Virus record (IMG/VR): IMGVR_UViG_3300005537_000001
Coordinates: 124,001-188,000 of that record
Direction: 5' to 3' (one strand)
DNA: 64,000 nt
Position numbers and translations under genes: made by a program. Below, piece by piece: positions 48,197 through 58,561 of this stretch. How positions within the stretch are numbered: position 1 is the stretch's first letter; the number at the start of each line of letters is the position of its first letter. The notes under the pieces were generated by a model. It had not been told where the DNA came from, searched no databases, and saw only the letters and a program-made list of their open reading frames with translations.

Positions 48197-48574
48197 TTAG
48201 CGTAATGTGGGCTTTGGATTGTCGTAATCGTCTATCTTGTAGAACAGGCTTGTTTCTACCTCGGTGCTTGCAACCATGTCTTCCCATCTGTCAGGAAGAC
48301 CGTTGATAAACATGTTGATGATTTTGGTGTTATCTTCCAAGGCGCAAATTTCATGCTCCTTGGTAGAATCAAAATCATCAAACAGCTCTCCTGCCCGCGC
48401 TATTTTTTGCCAGTCGCGGCCATAGACGCATACCGAACCCTTGAGCACGACAATGTTGTGAAAGTGCTGCTCAATCTTGTGGGCATGCATTCTAATTCCA
48501 GAACCCTTTTGCATGAAGGTGTAGATGGGTCCACAGATGATACCCGATTTGTAGAAATCTATCTTGATGCGCAT
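48197..48574 (-). CDS. Cupin-fold protein in the tail-fibre operon
   Basis: MHAH...H..VVLKGSV...HEICALEDNT. Confidence 0.7.
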   Translation of the reverse strand: MRIKIDFYKSGIICGPIYTFMQKGSGIRMHAHKIEQHFHNIVVLKGSVCVYGRDWQKIARAGELFDDFDSTKEHEICALEDNTKIINMFINGLPDRWEDMVASTEVETSLFYKIDDYDNPKPTLR

Positions 48575-49983
48575 TATGTGTATCTGATAACGATGTGTCC
48601 AACCGTACCATCAGCTGGGTCGGTAGACAGAGATCTGCCATCTCCACCTGGATTGCCGGTACCATTGGTTCCTACGATAGCTGCTCCACCAGCTCCAGGA
48701 ATGCAGATAGATCCGGCGGTGCCTGAATTACCAACTAAGTTTGCGAGGGTGCCACCAGTTCCAACCGCGCCCGCCGCGCCCGCCGTTCCACCATGACCAG
48801 CTCCTGGTGAATTACCGCCAGCACCGCCAGGAGGTCCAGTCATCGTTGTAAATCCTGTAAAAGTTCCAGCTGTAACGCTTGACTGCAATCCAGCTCCACC
48901 CACCGTGCACGATAGCGTGTGGCCGTTCTGCGCTGAAACAGAGTAGGATGATCGCGAGTACCCACCAGAACCTCCACCTCCACCAGCATCAGAGGTGCAT
49001 ATGTTGGTAGAACTGCCGCTACCGCCGGTAGCGCCACCTCCCCACACCTCGATGACCATAGTTGTCGCACCGCTTGGGATAGTTTGGGTTGTGGTTCCAG
49101 CCGCGCTAAGGGTAACGGTTGATGGCGTGAACGGTACGGTTGTGTTTGTTACGCTCCACGTAACCGTGTTTGACGTCGCGCTGGTGTGACCATCAGATAC
49201 AACGCAGTGCATCGTGCCGGAAGTAACGCCACCGTTATCTGCTGCCGTCGCTGTTACGGCTGTAGCTGCTGAGCTTGGCGCGGTTAGGGTACCAGAACCA
49301 GATAAAATTGACCATGAGAATGAATAGGTTCCAGTTCCATTAGCTCCAGCTACCGTAGTTGAAGATGTTGTTCCAGAACCAGATGGCGCGCCTAGCGCGC
49401 CAGAAACCGACACGTTACCAGGCTGGGTACCAATAGTTGTCGCAATGTACGTGTTTGTAATCGTCCAGCTTGCTGAATTTGTGTTGGTCGTACTATTTCC
49501 ATCCGACACGGCACACGTGATGGTTCCGCTCAATGATGAGTTTGCACCAGGTGCCGCCGAAACGCTGGCGACGGTAGACGTTGTGGATCCATTCGTCGTG
49601 TTGGTATTCAGCGTTCCACCAGCCCCGGTTATTGACCAGGTGTAGGTGTAGCCGCTTTGCTTACCCTTTGATCCGACGGTGCTGGTGGTATTAGTTGTTT
49701 GCGACGCGCTTGCTGGCTGTGAGCTTGAAACCGAAATGTTTGAAATACCGGCGGCAACAACGTTAGTCGAACCTATAGTTGCAAATCTTGAGGCAATGTC
49801 GGAGCCACCCTGATCAAATCCAATTCCGCCTGCAGCTGAACCAGAACCGGCCGCGGCGAAGATTGCATTTAGATCGCTGTTTCCAGCCGTAAATCCAGTT
49901 GCGGCGGCTTGAGGCCACCCGGCGATGAGCGGCGCTAGAAGCGAAGCTAAATCTGTACCTGCATGGCGAAAATTGCTTGTCAT
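48574..49983 (-). CDS. Gly-rich tail/receptor-binding accessory protein
   Basis: Ig-like YTWS repeats; IEVWGGGA..GGGGGSGGY glycine-rich domain. Confidence 0.75.
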   Translation of the reverse strand: MTSNFRHAGTDLASLLAPLIAGWPQAAATGFTAGNSDLNAIFAAAGSGSAAGGIGFDQGGSDIASRFATIGSTNVVAAGISNISVSSSQPASASQTTNTTSTVGSKGKQSGYTYTWSITGAGGTLNTNTTNGSTTSTVASVSAAPGANSSLSGTITCAVSDGNSTTNTNSASWTITNTYIATTIGTQPGNVSVSGALGAPSGSGTTSSTTVAGANGTGTYSFSWSILSGSGTLTAPSSAATAVTATAADNGGVTSGTMHCVVSDGHTSATSNTVTWSVTNTTVPFTPSTVTLSAAGTTTQTIPSGATTMVIEVWGGGATGGSGSSTNICTSDAGGGGGSGGYSRSSYSVSAQNGHTLSCTVGGAGLQSSVTAGTFTGFTTMTGPPGGAGGNSPGAGHGGTAGAAGAVGTGGTLANLVGNSGTAGSICIPGAGGAAIVGTNGTGNPGGDGRSLSTDPADGTVGHIVIRYT

Positions 49984-50059
49984 CAGCTGTTACCCATATA
50001 AAGATGAAATATTTATCACAGATTGAATGATTTGGACGCTTAGCTGCATAAATAGGTTC

Positions 50060-50935
50060 ATGATATCATTCAAGCAATTTTTGACAGAAGGTGCGCCTAA
50101 AGCGCACAGGTACAGCAGCCGACGCGCTACGGCGGAAGATATCATCAGAGCCCTCGAATTTGTGTCCAAAGCTGTTAGCGTTCCGGTAACCACCCTTAAA
50201 GGCGATCTGATCGGATCCGCACGACTAGCTCTGGTCGGCAAGAAACAAGATGCTGGTGATATTGACATCGCCTTTAAACCAGCTGATTCGGCTGATGCTG
50301 AGATGGTCAACGGCAAGATGCTTAAGGCCGTTAAAGGAAGAGGCGCGTTTAACGCTGGTACGAAGGTAGGATCCTATTCGGTACCAATCAAGGGCGGATT
50401 CATTCAAGTTGACTTGATGTTCGTCAGCAACAAAAAGTGGGCGAAGTGGATGTACCACTCATCCCACGAATCCAAATATCCTGGAGCCGTTCGCAACATC
50501 ATTCTATTCACGGCGCTGGCGCACTCACAGGAAAAAGATAAGGATTTCGTCATTCGAGACAATGGTAAGCCAATCATCCGAGCGTCGAAGTCAGTTAAGA
50601 TGGATTCTGGCATGGAACGTCTCTTCAAGATGGCAAAGTTCAACAAGAAAGCTGGAACGTATAACAAGAGCCTTGAGAAGGTTGATCCTAAGGCGATTGA
50701 AGCGCATCTTCGCGACATCGGTCAGGAAATTAAATTCTCCCACGAATCAGATTTAACCGACAACCCCGATCACGTTGCCGCCCACATCTTCGGTCACGGA
50801 GTTACGGCAAAAGATCTGATGACGGCAGAAGATGTCATCAACCGAATACATCAGCTACCAAACGCTAAAGAGATCATTCAGGCCTCAAGATCAGAACTTA
50901 AACGACTTAAGCTACCAATACCTGCTGAGCTTTAA
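50060..50935 (+). CDS. Pol-beta-like nucleotidyltransferase with capsid-targeting sequence
   Basis: MISFKQFLTEG; IGSA...GDIDIA, IQVDLMF. Confidence 0.7.
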   Translation: MISFKQFLTEGAPKAHRYSSRRATAEDIIRALEFVSKAVSVPVTTLKGDLIGSARLALVGKKQDAGDIDIAFKPADSADAEMVNGKMLKAVKGRGAFNAGTKVGSYSVPIKGGFIQVDLMFVSNKKWAKWMYHSSHESKYPGAVRNIILFTALAHSQEKDKDFVIRDNGKPIIRASKSVKMDSGMERLFKMAKFNKKAGTYNKSLEKVDPKAIEAHLRDIGQEIKFSHESDLTDNPDHVAAHIFGHGVTAKDLMTAEDVINRIHQLPNAKEIIQASRSELKRLKLPIPAEL

Positions 50936-51076
50936 CTGTTTACTTTTCCAGATCAGCGTGATAAGATTTAATCTCTTACATGGTAGTCTCCTTTGCACAC
51001 CATGATTCAGGGCTCCATTGGAGCCCTGCTTTTTGATTCTCACCCGCCTAAATACAAAAACAATCCAGGGGTGCTC

Positions 51077-51865
51077 ATGCAATATCTACGTACGACCGAC
51101 ATTCGTCAACAATTCAAAGATCTACTCGCCACCAGAAAATTCACGGCCGTCAACCGTGAAGGATCGATGACGAACTTAGTTGGTAAAACGACAATTGAGA
51201 TAGTTGGAGCTTCATTTATCGCCGACGAAGAGTCAATCTTTGGAAGCGTCAATTGGGATTACGTGAAGCGAGAAGAGGAATGGTACAATTCAATGTCGCT
51301 CAACGTGAACGACATCCCTGGTGGACCGCCCAAAATTTGGAGTTCCGTTGCTGATAAAGACGGATTTATTTGTAGCAACTATGGCTGGTGCATATATTCC
51401 CCAGACAATGGATTTCAACCAATGGACTTGGAACGTAGAGCAACAGGTGCCGCCCCGCAAAAAGTATGGAACATGTATGGTCGCGGCAACAGCATACCAT
51501 GCAATCAATATACCTCGGTAATCGAAGAGCTTAAGAAGAATCCAGAATCGCGCCGCGCCATGATGATCTACACTCGACCATCAATGTGGTTGGATTACAA
51601 CAAAAATGGGCGCTCTGATTTTATGTGCACCAACACTGTGCAGTATCTCATTCGCGATGGTGCCCTTCACGCCGTTGTCCAAATGCGAAGCAATGACGCA
51701 ATCTTCGGCTACAAGAATGACCGCGCGTGGCAGCAGCACGTCCTCGAGAAGGTATCTAAGGATGTTGGCGTTCCAGCTGGAAACCTATACTGGCAGGTTG
51801 GCAGTCTCCACGTTTACGCTCGCCACTATGGCCTGGTTGATCCAACCTGGATACCAATTGAGTGA
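51077..51865 (+). CDS. dCMP hydroxymethylase (T4 gp42-like)
   Basis: SNYGW, DFMCTNTVQYLIRD, MRSNDAIFGYKND, SLHVY; Asp in ND as in gp42 rather than the Asn of thymidylate synthase. Confidence 0.9.
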   Translation: MQYLRTTDIRQQFKDLLATRKFTAVNREGSMTNLVGKTTIEIVGASFIADEESIFGSVNWDYVKREEEWYNSMSLNVNDIPGGPPKIWSSVADKDGFICSNYGWCIYSPDNGFQPMDLERRATGAAPQKVWNMYGRGNSIPCNQYTSVIEELKKNPESRRAMMIYTRPSMWLDYNKNGRSDFMCTNTVQYLIRDGALHAVVQMRSNDAIFGYKNDRAWQQHVLEKVSKDVGVPAGNLYWQVGSLHVYARHYGLVDPTWIPIE

Positions 51866-52245
51866 AGCAGCTATTTCTAGCCGCCTTGATGATGCCAGCT
51901 ATTTCAGCCGCCGGGATCCCGGACATCATTGGAACGGCGGCAGCGAACGGTAGAATAGTTTTTGATGTTGCCATTCATGATACGTCAATCGCTGCGATGG
52001 CGAGCGGTGGTGAAGTGTACCGCAAGATGGGTGAGCGCTCTGAAATTTTCGTCGCCTTCAAGCACAGCAGCAATTCTACCGATTCGACCGAAAACATCAC
52101 GATATTAACCGAAGACCGCTACGCCGCCGGATTTCTCTATCGATTCTCTCCACGAAATTCAGCAAAGATCGGATACATCAGCTTAAGAATCAACGGCTAC
52201 AACTATTCAGCATCTGGCATCGAGCTGATTCACTGCTTTCGCTGA
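51862..52245 (+). CDS. Exported hypothetical protein
   Basis: Signal peptide. Confidence 0.6.
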   Translation: MKQLFLAALMMPAISAAGIPDIIGTAAANGRIVFDVAIHDTSIAAMASGGEVYRKMGERSEIFVAFKHSSNSTDSTENITILTEDRYAAGFLYRFSPRNSAKIGYISLRINGYNYSASGIELIHCFR

Positions 52246-52381
52246 CCAGATTTTTCAACATCCTGAAGAGGATAAATACTACGTCTGATTCAAATGTACA
52301 ACCACCATCACGCGTGGTATAATGGTCATTCATCTTGAATAAGAATCAGATTTTCCCTTTCATAACTTGGAGTATTTTTAA

Positions 52382-53008
52382 ATGAAGAAGATTCTTCTAG
52401 CCCTCGCTTTGACTCTCGGAATGGGTGTTGCAGCTGCGGCGGATCTATCATCTGTCGGATCTACCGGCGTTGAAGCAACCGTTGATTATAGCTACGCTCG
52501 TTCAATTGGCACACCATCATATCTCGCAGAACACCAAGCTCTTGCTGGCGTTCAGGTAAATGCTGGAGCTCTCGGTTCTTTTGGACTTGAGGCTGGTGAC
52601 ACGCAGCTAGTTACCAACTATCGCCTGAACTTCACAACCTTCGCCCTTGGCTACGCTAACGGCTTCAAGGTTGGTTCGCTCAGCGTTGTTGGAAACGTCA
52701 ACTACCTGGTTGCAACGCAGGATAAGTGGTTTTTCAGCGGTCGTAACGGTTCTGCCTCGATCGACGAGGTAATTGGAACCGTAGAAGTGAACGCGCCCAT
52801 TACGTCGAGCGTAAAGTTGTTCGCCGATTACAGCCACGCGTACGCATGGGTTCCTGCCTTAAGCGCTGGTGGTCTTACAAGCAACGGTGCTTCCCTTGGC
52901 GCGTACGTCAACCTTTCCAAGAGCGTGGTAGCTAAAGCTGGCTATACCCGCGATTGGACAGCTGGTAACGCGCAGGGCCTCCTTGCATCTCTGTCGTACA
53001 AGTTTTAA
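52382..53008 (+). CDS. Outer-membrane beta-barrel protein
   Basis: Signal peptide, alternating strands, C-terminal LSYKF beta-signal. Confidence 0.8.
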   Translation: MKKILLALALTLGMGVAAAADLSSVGSTGVEATVDYSYARSIGTPSYLAEHQALAGVQVNAGALGSFGLEAGDTQLVTNYRLNFTTFALGYANGFKVGSLSVVGNVNYLVATQDKWFFSGRNGSASIDEVIGTVEVNAPITSSVKLFADYSHAYAWVPALSAGGLTSNGASLGAYVNLSKSVVAKAGYTRDWTAGNAQGLLASLSYKF

Positions 53009-53021
53009 GCTGACTTGAGTT

Positions 53022-53050
53022 AAAAGCCGAGATTGAATCTCGGCTTTTTT
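53022..53050 (+). terminator. Intrinsic (bidirectional) terminator
   Basis: AAAAGCCGAGA-TTGAA-TCTCGGCTTTTTT. Confidence 0.85.
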
Positions 53051-53099
53051 CTGATCCGGATCCGTGTATATCTGATTGTAATCGTGTTAAAATAAGCGC

Positions 53100-53594
53100 A
53101 TGTATCTAGACGCGGTAATCGAATCAAGAAAAGCCGGAAAACCTACCAGCGAGCTTATTGAGCTATGGCAAAAGGACATTCGTCACACGCTAAACCTAAC
53201 TCGCTTCAAAGGTATCGATCATGAACTCTACAGGGATTTAGCTTCATTCGCGATGCTAACCGTTCTCCGTCATTGGAAATCATTTGACCCGACTAAATCA
53301 GATAATCCACTCGCATGGTTTAGACAGTGCATTCTTGGAGCTATAATTCAAGAGCTGGCACACGAGAAGCGCAACAAGTCAATTACGCGAGATAATAGCC
53401 TAAGAGGTCAACTTGGAATCAATTCTTTGGATAAAGGGGCTATCATCAAGTCAATTCTCAAGCGCATGCGGGATGGATATGATTCGAAGACTCTCCTAGA
53501 CACGATCAATTATGTTCAAAAAGCTGGGTTAAATTTTACCGAATTCGAAGTTATCAAAAAGAGCCTAAAGAATGAAATACGAACAACAAATTGA
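53100..53594 (+). CDS. gp55-like sigma factor domain plus C-terminal shared module
   Basis: SFDPTKSDNPLAWFRQC..AIIQ...EKR resembles T4-like gp55. Confidence 0.65.
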   Translation: MYLDAVIESRKAGKPTSELIELWQKDIRHTLNLTRFKGIDHELYRDLASFAMLTVLRHWKSFDPTKSDNPLAWFRQCILGAIIQELAHEKRNKSITRDNSLRGQLGINSLDKGAIIKSILKRMRDGYDSKTLLDTINYVQKAGLNFTEFEVIKKSLKNEIRTTN

Positions 53595-55302
53595 CGCGGC
53601 ATTCGTTAGACTAGGCTTCTCTCCTCGTGATGGTCAGAGGGAAGCGGTAGATAAGATTCTAACAGCATTCATCGACGAGAAGGCAAAGAACGTCATTCTC
53701 AACGCGTCAACCGGCACCGGCAAGTCAATCATCGCCGCGGCGACAGCTGAAGCTCTGACGGCGGCAAAGGGTGGTAAGGATAATCAGGTGCGTTCGTCCA
53801 TCTCACTCACCGCTACCAACGTTCTTTCGAAACAATACGATGCCACCTTTCACGGGTTGGGAGATGCTGGCAAGTACATCATGATCAAAGGCGCGAACAA
53901 CTACGGTTGTTCAGCTCTATCGACCGCCGGTGAACAAGCAAACGCCGAGCAGTGCGCTTGGTTCACGATGCTGCAAAACCGGGATGAGTTCAGCGGCGTT
54001 ATGCGGGATCACTGCGACAAGTGTGAATATCTCTTGATCAAGAAGCAGAAAAACCTTGTCCGACACCTCACCACAAACTATTCATACTACTTTGTGGATC
54101 GCATGTACACTGGCAAATTTGAGAATAGAGATCTTTTGATTTGGGATGAGGCGCACCTCGTCAACGATCTGTTTAGCGAGCACAACGCTATCTACTTTTC
54201 ACAGAAGCGCATGCATGGCTTCCAAGAGGAAATCGCAGAGACCGTCGGTCTAACCAACGTGCAGATCGCAAAAACTATCTCATCAATCGCGAAGGATCTT
54301 GGTATCAAGGGCAAGATTTGCGAAAGCAACTACATGACGTATCTTACCGCGCTGCAGACAGTCTACAGCTACGCTCGAGATCAAGGTGCCGAGAAAGCCG
54401 AATACGCCCTGCACGGCAATCGAATGAAGGAGTATTCAAAGTACAATCGCTTCATGAACAAATACCGCGGACTGTGCTGCAAGATCAGCGATCTGTTTGA
54501 GCATAACTTTGATCATATCTTTGAGTATAAGGAAGAAGATAAATCGGTTTCGATAAAGCCAATTTTCGTTGGCACCATGATTGATTCGCTGCAAAGCGCT
54601 GAGCACAATCTATTCATGTCGGCCACCATTTCAGAGGAATTTGCGGTCAAAACGCTTAACTTGGATCCAACCGTTACCCGCTTCATCAAGCTTCCTCCAA
54701 GCTTTCCAAAGGAGAATAAGGAAGTCGTGTTCTTCGATACGCTCTCGCTGAGCTACACGTCGCTGCAGGATGCTAAGGTGGTAAAGCAGCTTAGAAGAAA
54801 CGTAGCCAAGATCGTAAAGAAGCACGTTGAAGAGGGAGATCGAGGAATCATTCTCACTCCAAGCTTCAAGCTGCAGGGTGAAATCGTAGACGAGATTAGC
54901 TCCATCAAAGGCTACAAGCTGTTCGAACAGAGACAAGGTGAGAAGCTTGAAAACGTGCTAGTAGCGTTCAAGAGCTACAAAGGTGGACCGGCAGTTTTGA
55001 TTTCTCCATCGCTTTTTGAGGGTGTTGACTTACCCGGTGATCTATCGCGATTTCAGATAATTGTTAAGGCACCATATCCGTCTCTTGGTGACAAGCGCAT
55101 GAAATTTATCCTTGATAAACACCCGTCACTTTACAACATCATCACGATCATGAAGCTGACGCAGGGAGCAGGTCGCTCTGTGCGATCAAAGGATGATTTC
55201 GCGGTCACCTACATGTTGGATAAAAATGCTGAACGACTGTTTACTTCCAGTGCCAACATCTGGCGAGACGAATTTCAACTTCGCTTTACAAAGTTCCTCT
55301 AG
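53572..55302 (+). CDS. DinG/XPD-family helicase
   Basis: PRDGQ, ASTGTGKS, DEAH, EGVDLPGD, QGAGRSVRS; Cys cluster. Confidence 0.9.
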   Translation: MKYEQQIDAAFVRLGFSPRDGQREAVDKILTAFIDEKAKNVILNASTGTGKSIIAAATAEALTAAKGGKDNQVRSSISLTATNVLSKQYDATFHGLGDAGKYIMIKGANNYGCSALSTAGEQANAEQCAWFTMLQNRDEFSGVMRDHCDKCEYLLIKKQKNLVRHLTTNYSYYFVDRMYTGKFENRDLLIWDEAHLVNDLFSEHNAIYFSQKRMHGFQEEIAETVGLTNVQIAKTISSIAKDLGIKGKICESNYMTYLTALQTVYSYARDQGAEKAEYALHGNRMKEYSKYNRFMNKYRGLCCKISDLFEHNFDHIFEYKEEDKSVSIKPIFVGTMIDSLQSAEHNLFMSATISEEFAVKTLNLDPTVTRFIKLPPSFPKENKEVVFFDTLSLSYTSLQDAKVVKQLRRNVAKIVKKHVEEGDRGIILTPSFKLQGEIVDEISSIKGYKLFEQRQGEKLENVLVAFKSYKGGPAVLISPSLFEGVDLPGDLSRFQIIVKAPYPSLGDKRMKFILDKHPSLYNIITIMKLTQGAGRSVRSKDDFAVTYMLDKNAERLFTSSANIWRDEFQLRFTKFL

Positions 55303-55335
55303 TGTGATATAATTGGTCATCCACCGGAGAATTAA

Positions 55336-55920
55336 ATGACACCAAAACAAGTGTATGCTGTAGAGGGCTTGGACCGCCTGGGCAAGTCGACCCTCATTCA
55401 GGGCATCCTCGACAAGCTTGGATATTATCAAGTTATTCACTTTGCAAAACCTCAGCGCCTAAAAATATACGAGGATGCTGCAAAGGTAGATGGCGTCCCG
55501 CATGGTGGTCAAGCAGCTTGGCACTATCAAGCTGAGAGCTTCCGAAATTCCATGCTGATAGCAAGTTCAGGCGCTCGGATTATCTTTGATCGTTGGCACA
55601 TTGGCGAGGCCGTTTATTCCCCACTTTACAGAAACTATTCTGGAGATTACGTGTTTAACCAAGAGCGACACTCCAATCTTGACCAGCATCCAAGCCTTCG
55701 ATTGATCCTTCTGACTGAGAATTTCAAATTCTCTCAACATTTTGTAGATGATGGTAAGTCCCTTGGATCAGGATCGTTGCGTGATCGATGGGATGAGCAG
55801 GGCCGTTTCACCGGCGCGTTTGACAGATCAAGCATCAAGGATAAGCGCGTCGTGTGCGTTACGGCACCAGACGGCAATTTTCGTCCAAAGGAAGATATTT
55901 TAGAGGAGGCCCTATCATGA
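55336..55920 (+). CDS. dNMP (thymidylate-like) kinase
   Basis: EGLDRLGKST, IIFDRWH.GE.VY. Confidence 0.8.
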   Translation: MTPKQVYAVEGLDRLGKSTLIQGILDKLGYYQVIHFAKPQRLKIYEDAAKVDGVPHGGQAAWHYQAESFRNSMLIASSGARIIFDRWHIGEAVYSPLYRNYSGDYVFNQERHSNLDQHPSLRLILLTENFKFSQHFVDDGKSLGSGSLRDRWDEQGRFTGAFDRSSIKDKRVVCVTAPDGNFRPKEDILEEALS

Positions 55921-56412
55921 GCTCACTTCCGTACGTTTTAGTTTACATTCTTCTAAGCAGCACAACCGGAGAGCGAGTTGGTAATCCGGTGTTAGTGAGC
56001 GGCCCGTATGAAAGCGGAGCTGCATGCGTAAAGCATCAGGCTAAACTGCCAACCCAGCGTCCAGACAAAAACGGCAACATCAAGTTTTTCGAGTGCAATC
56101 CAACTAATCAATACATAGCTCCGGCGGAATCATCAACATGAGCATCACGGCAGGGGATGGACCCATTCATTTGGCAGAGTTTAGTATCTGCAAAAAGCAA
56201 CCACACTCCGAATCTAGCGTTACGGTTCCTGTGTGGATAACTCAATCAAGCTTGGATGGACTTCAGGCGCTCATTCGCTTTACCTATGGTTTGAGAGCCT
56301 CGGGTAAAGGATCGATTCCGGGTGAGTTTGAGTTGATAATGTTCTACCGCCAGCTTGCGTCAGCTATTCGAAGTGCCGACAACAAGGCTAATGGAATTGG
56401 AGAAGAATCGGC

Positions 56413-57600
56413 ATGAGAAGCAATCCTAACGCACACATGAAGGTCGGCGTAATCAAGTTGGGCGCGCGGATAGCCTTCAACGCTAACGATACGTCTGGCG
56501 CGAATGGTGAGGCGCGTAGCATCATCAACATGCTTGACTTAGGAGGAGCGGATGTTCATATCTTCACGAAGATACTTGCTAAAGATACTCTTAACAAGAT
56601 GTTTGTATGGCATGATCTTGGAAAAGAGGACTACGACACAAAAGGTCTAGATGTACTCCTAGTCATCAACGGTAACGTGAACTTTTTTGGTGGCGCTGAG
56701 GATGTTTCCCAGCTCCTAAACTACAAGATAATCAACGAATTCGACGGTCCAGTTTTCTACGCGTACTGTGATCCAGAGCTGACTCTCAAGCAGGTATGGC
56801 CGTCGGTGGCGAAGAAGCCATGGGCAAAGAATTGGGAGCGTGAGGAGCTTGAAATCGTTCGAAACGATATCATCTATCTCAGCCAGCCATACGACGTGTT
56901 AGCGGTGGCAAAGAACTTCAGCAAGAGCGAAGTCAAGCCAATGAGCGTGAAGCACTTTCCATTCGAACAGTTTCCATGCTTGACCGCGTGCTCTTACCTT
57001 GCTGAATTTGCAGATGACAATGGACCGCTGAAATTCAATCCAAATCCAGAGGTTGATCTCTCCTACGGTGGCACGATGCGCGGTGGTAAGCGCATCGAGA
57101 AAATGCTCAAATTCTACTTTGGTCATCCCGATATTTCAGTTGAAATGTTCGGGAAGATTGACGCATCAGATTTTGTTCCATGTAAGCTCGGAACAGTTCC
57201 TATACCGTACCCCCACTTTTCTGGTCCGGTCAAATATGACCAGATGATTCCCAAGATGAACAAGGCCTTGGCGCACTGCGTTATCGGTGATCCATACTAC
57301 GAAGAGATCAACGACATGCCGCAGCGCACCTACGAGAGCATCATGGCTAACGTGGTGACGTTTATCGATCATGACATGGATAAGCTCCGACGCGTGTATG
57401 GCCGCGACAAAGTTCTAGCTGATTTTCTATACGTTAAGGATCGACAGGAGCTTAGCGAGAAGATCCTGCTCCTGAAGACAGACACCAACCTTCGACGTCA
57501 AATCTTGGACGATCAAGCTAAAGCTGTCAACTTCAACGCTTACGAGTACAGCGCAAACTTCGTAAAGGAATTGAATTCAGCGTGGTGGCGTGCAAAATGA
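56413..57600 (+). CDS. DNA beta-glucosyltransferase homolog (T4 BGT-like)
   Basis: VINGNVNFFGG, QVWPSVAKKPWA, YGGTMRGGKRIEKM, IGD..Y, RTYES mirror T4 BGT. Confidence 0.88.
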   Translation: MRSNPNAHMKVGVIKLGARIAFNANDTSGANGEARSIINMLDLGGADVHIFTKILAKDTLNKMFVWHDLGKEDYDTKGLDVLLVINGNVNFFGGAEDVSQLLNYKIINEFDGPVFYAYCDPELTLKQVWPSVAKKPWAKNWEREELEIVRNDIIYLSQPYDVLAVAKNFSKSEVKPMSVKHFPFEQFPCLTACSYLAEFADDNGPLKFNPNPEVDLSYGGTMRGGKRIEKMLKFYFGHPDISVEMFGKIDASDFVPCKLGTVPIPYPHFSGPVKYDQMIPKMNKALAHCVIGDPYYEEINDMPQRTYESIMANVVTFIDHDMDKLRRVYGRDKVLADFLYVKDRQELSEKILLLKTDTNLRRQILDDQAKAVNFNAYEYSANFVKELNSAWWRAK

Positions 57601-57817
57601 AGCTTAACATCACAACACCAGTCAAACCAATACCCCACCGCCTCACCAGCTGCTTTGAAGTTGTTTCAATTCAGTCAGAGCGGGAATCTACGATGGAAAT
57701 TCGTGGAGGATTTGATGATGTGCGCCCAATAATTGATCTGTTAATGTCAAAAGGAAAGAAATTGTCCATCTTTTGGTATGATATCTTCGGCGACAAGTAC
57801 AACGTAGAGGTTCAAGA

Positions 57818-58561
57818 ATGAATACTGGTAGTCATCACGGTGATCCATCACTTACGCTATACGAACTGGAAACATGCGTAGAGCTTGTTAAGTGGATAAA
57901 GAATGGTCTGCCCCGCTGGCTTCCAAGCGCTGACGCCATCAAAGAGTGGAGCAAGAATCAAAATGCATCTACGATGGCGGTCCGTGGACTAATTTCAGAC
58001 AGACAAATTAAAACGTGCAACGACATGGTTCGGTGGATCCGAATTGCCCGAGCTGAACGCTATGATAAGCTCGGGGATTCACCGAACTGGTTGCCACAGA
58101 TTTCAGACTTGTTGAAATCAAGGTTGTTCTGGCGCTTGCGCGACGGAAAGGATCCTCTACCGCATCCACCTCCCACAGCATATTCATGCCCTTGGTATGA
58201 ACTGATTGAAGATGGTCGAGCTCATTGGGCATACGATTGCTTCGTGCACAAGCCGGGTGAAGCTGGATTATGGGGTCGATATGAAGTGCCAATTGCAAAC
58301 ATAGGTCAATGCCCATACGAAGTGCTGACGTGGTCTGACAAAGAAGAAACCATTCCATTTTCTGTAAGCTATGGTCCATACCTCTTTAGGACGTTCTACG
58401 GTCCGTTTGAAACGCATCAGTTTGACAGTGAAACCAAAACAGTTTCGCGCATTACCATCAATGGTTGGTGGATCAAGTACGTTTCGGACCCTACGGCGGA
58501 GGGTGCGTTCGATATGAAGGATGAAGAACTGCCGTATAAAATCGGTCAAAGCAGGGACTGA
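57818..58561 (+). CDS. hypothetical protein
   Basis: ORF in operon. Confidence 0.65.
   Translation: MNTGSHHGDPSLTLYELETCVELVKWIKNGLPRWLPSADAIKEWSKNQNASTMAVRGLISDRQIKTCNDMVRWIRIARAERYDKLGDSPNWLPQISDLLKSRLFWRLRDGKDPLPHPPPTAYSCPWYELIEDGRAHWAYDCFVHKPGEAGLWGRYEVPIANIGQCPYEVLTWSDKEETIPFSVSYGPYLFRTFYGPFETHQFDSETKTVSRITINGWWIKYVSDPTAEGAFDMKDEELPYKIGQSRD

Noticed and set aside
44319-49645. Plus-strand Pro/Val-rich ORFs
   Set aside because: Antisense shadows of the Gly/Thr-rich fibre genes.
51077-51865. Ordinary thymidylate synthase (thyA)
   Set aside because: Active-site DFMC and ND motifs match T4 gp42 dCMP hydroxymethylase, and a BGT homolog is nearby.
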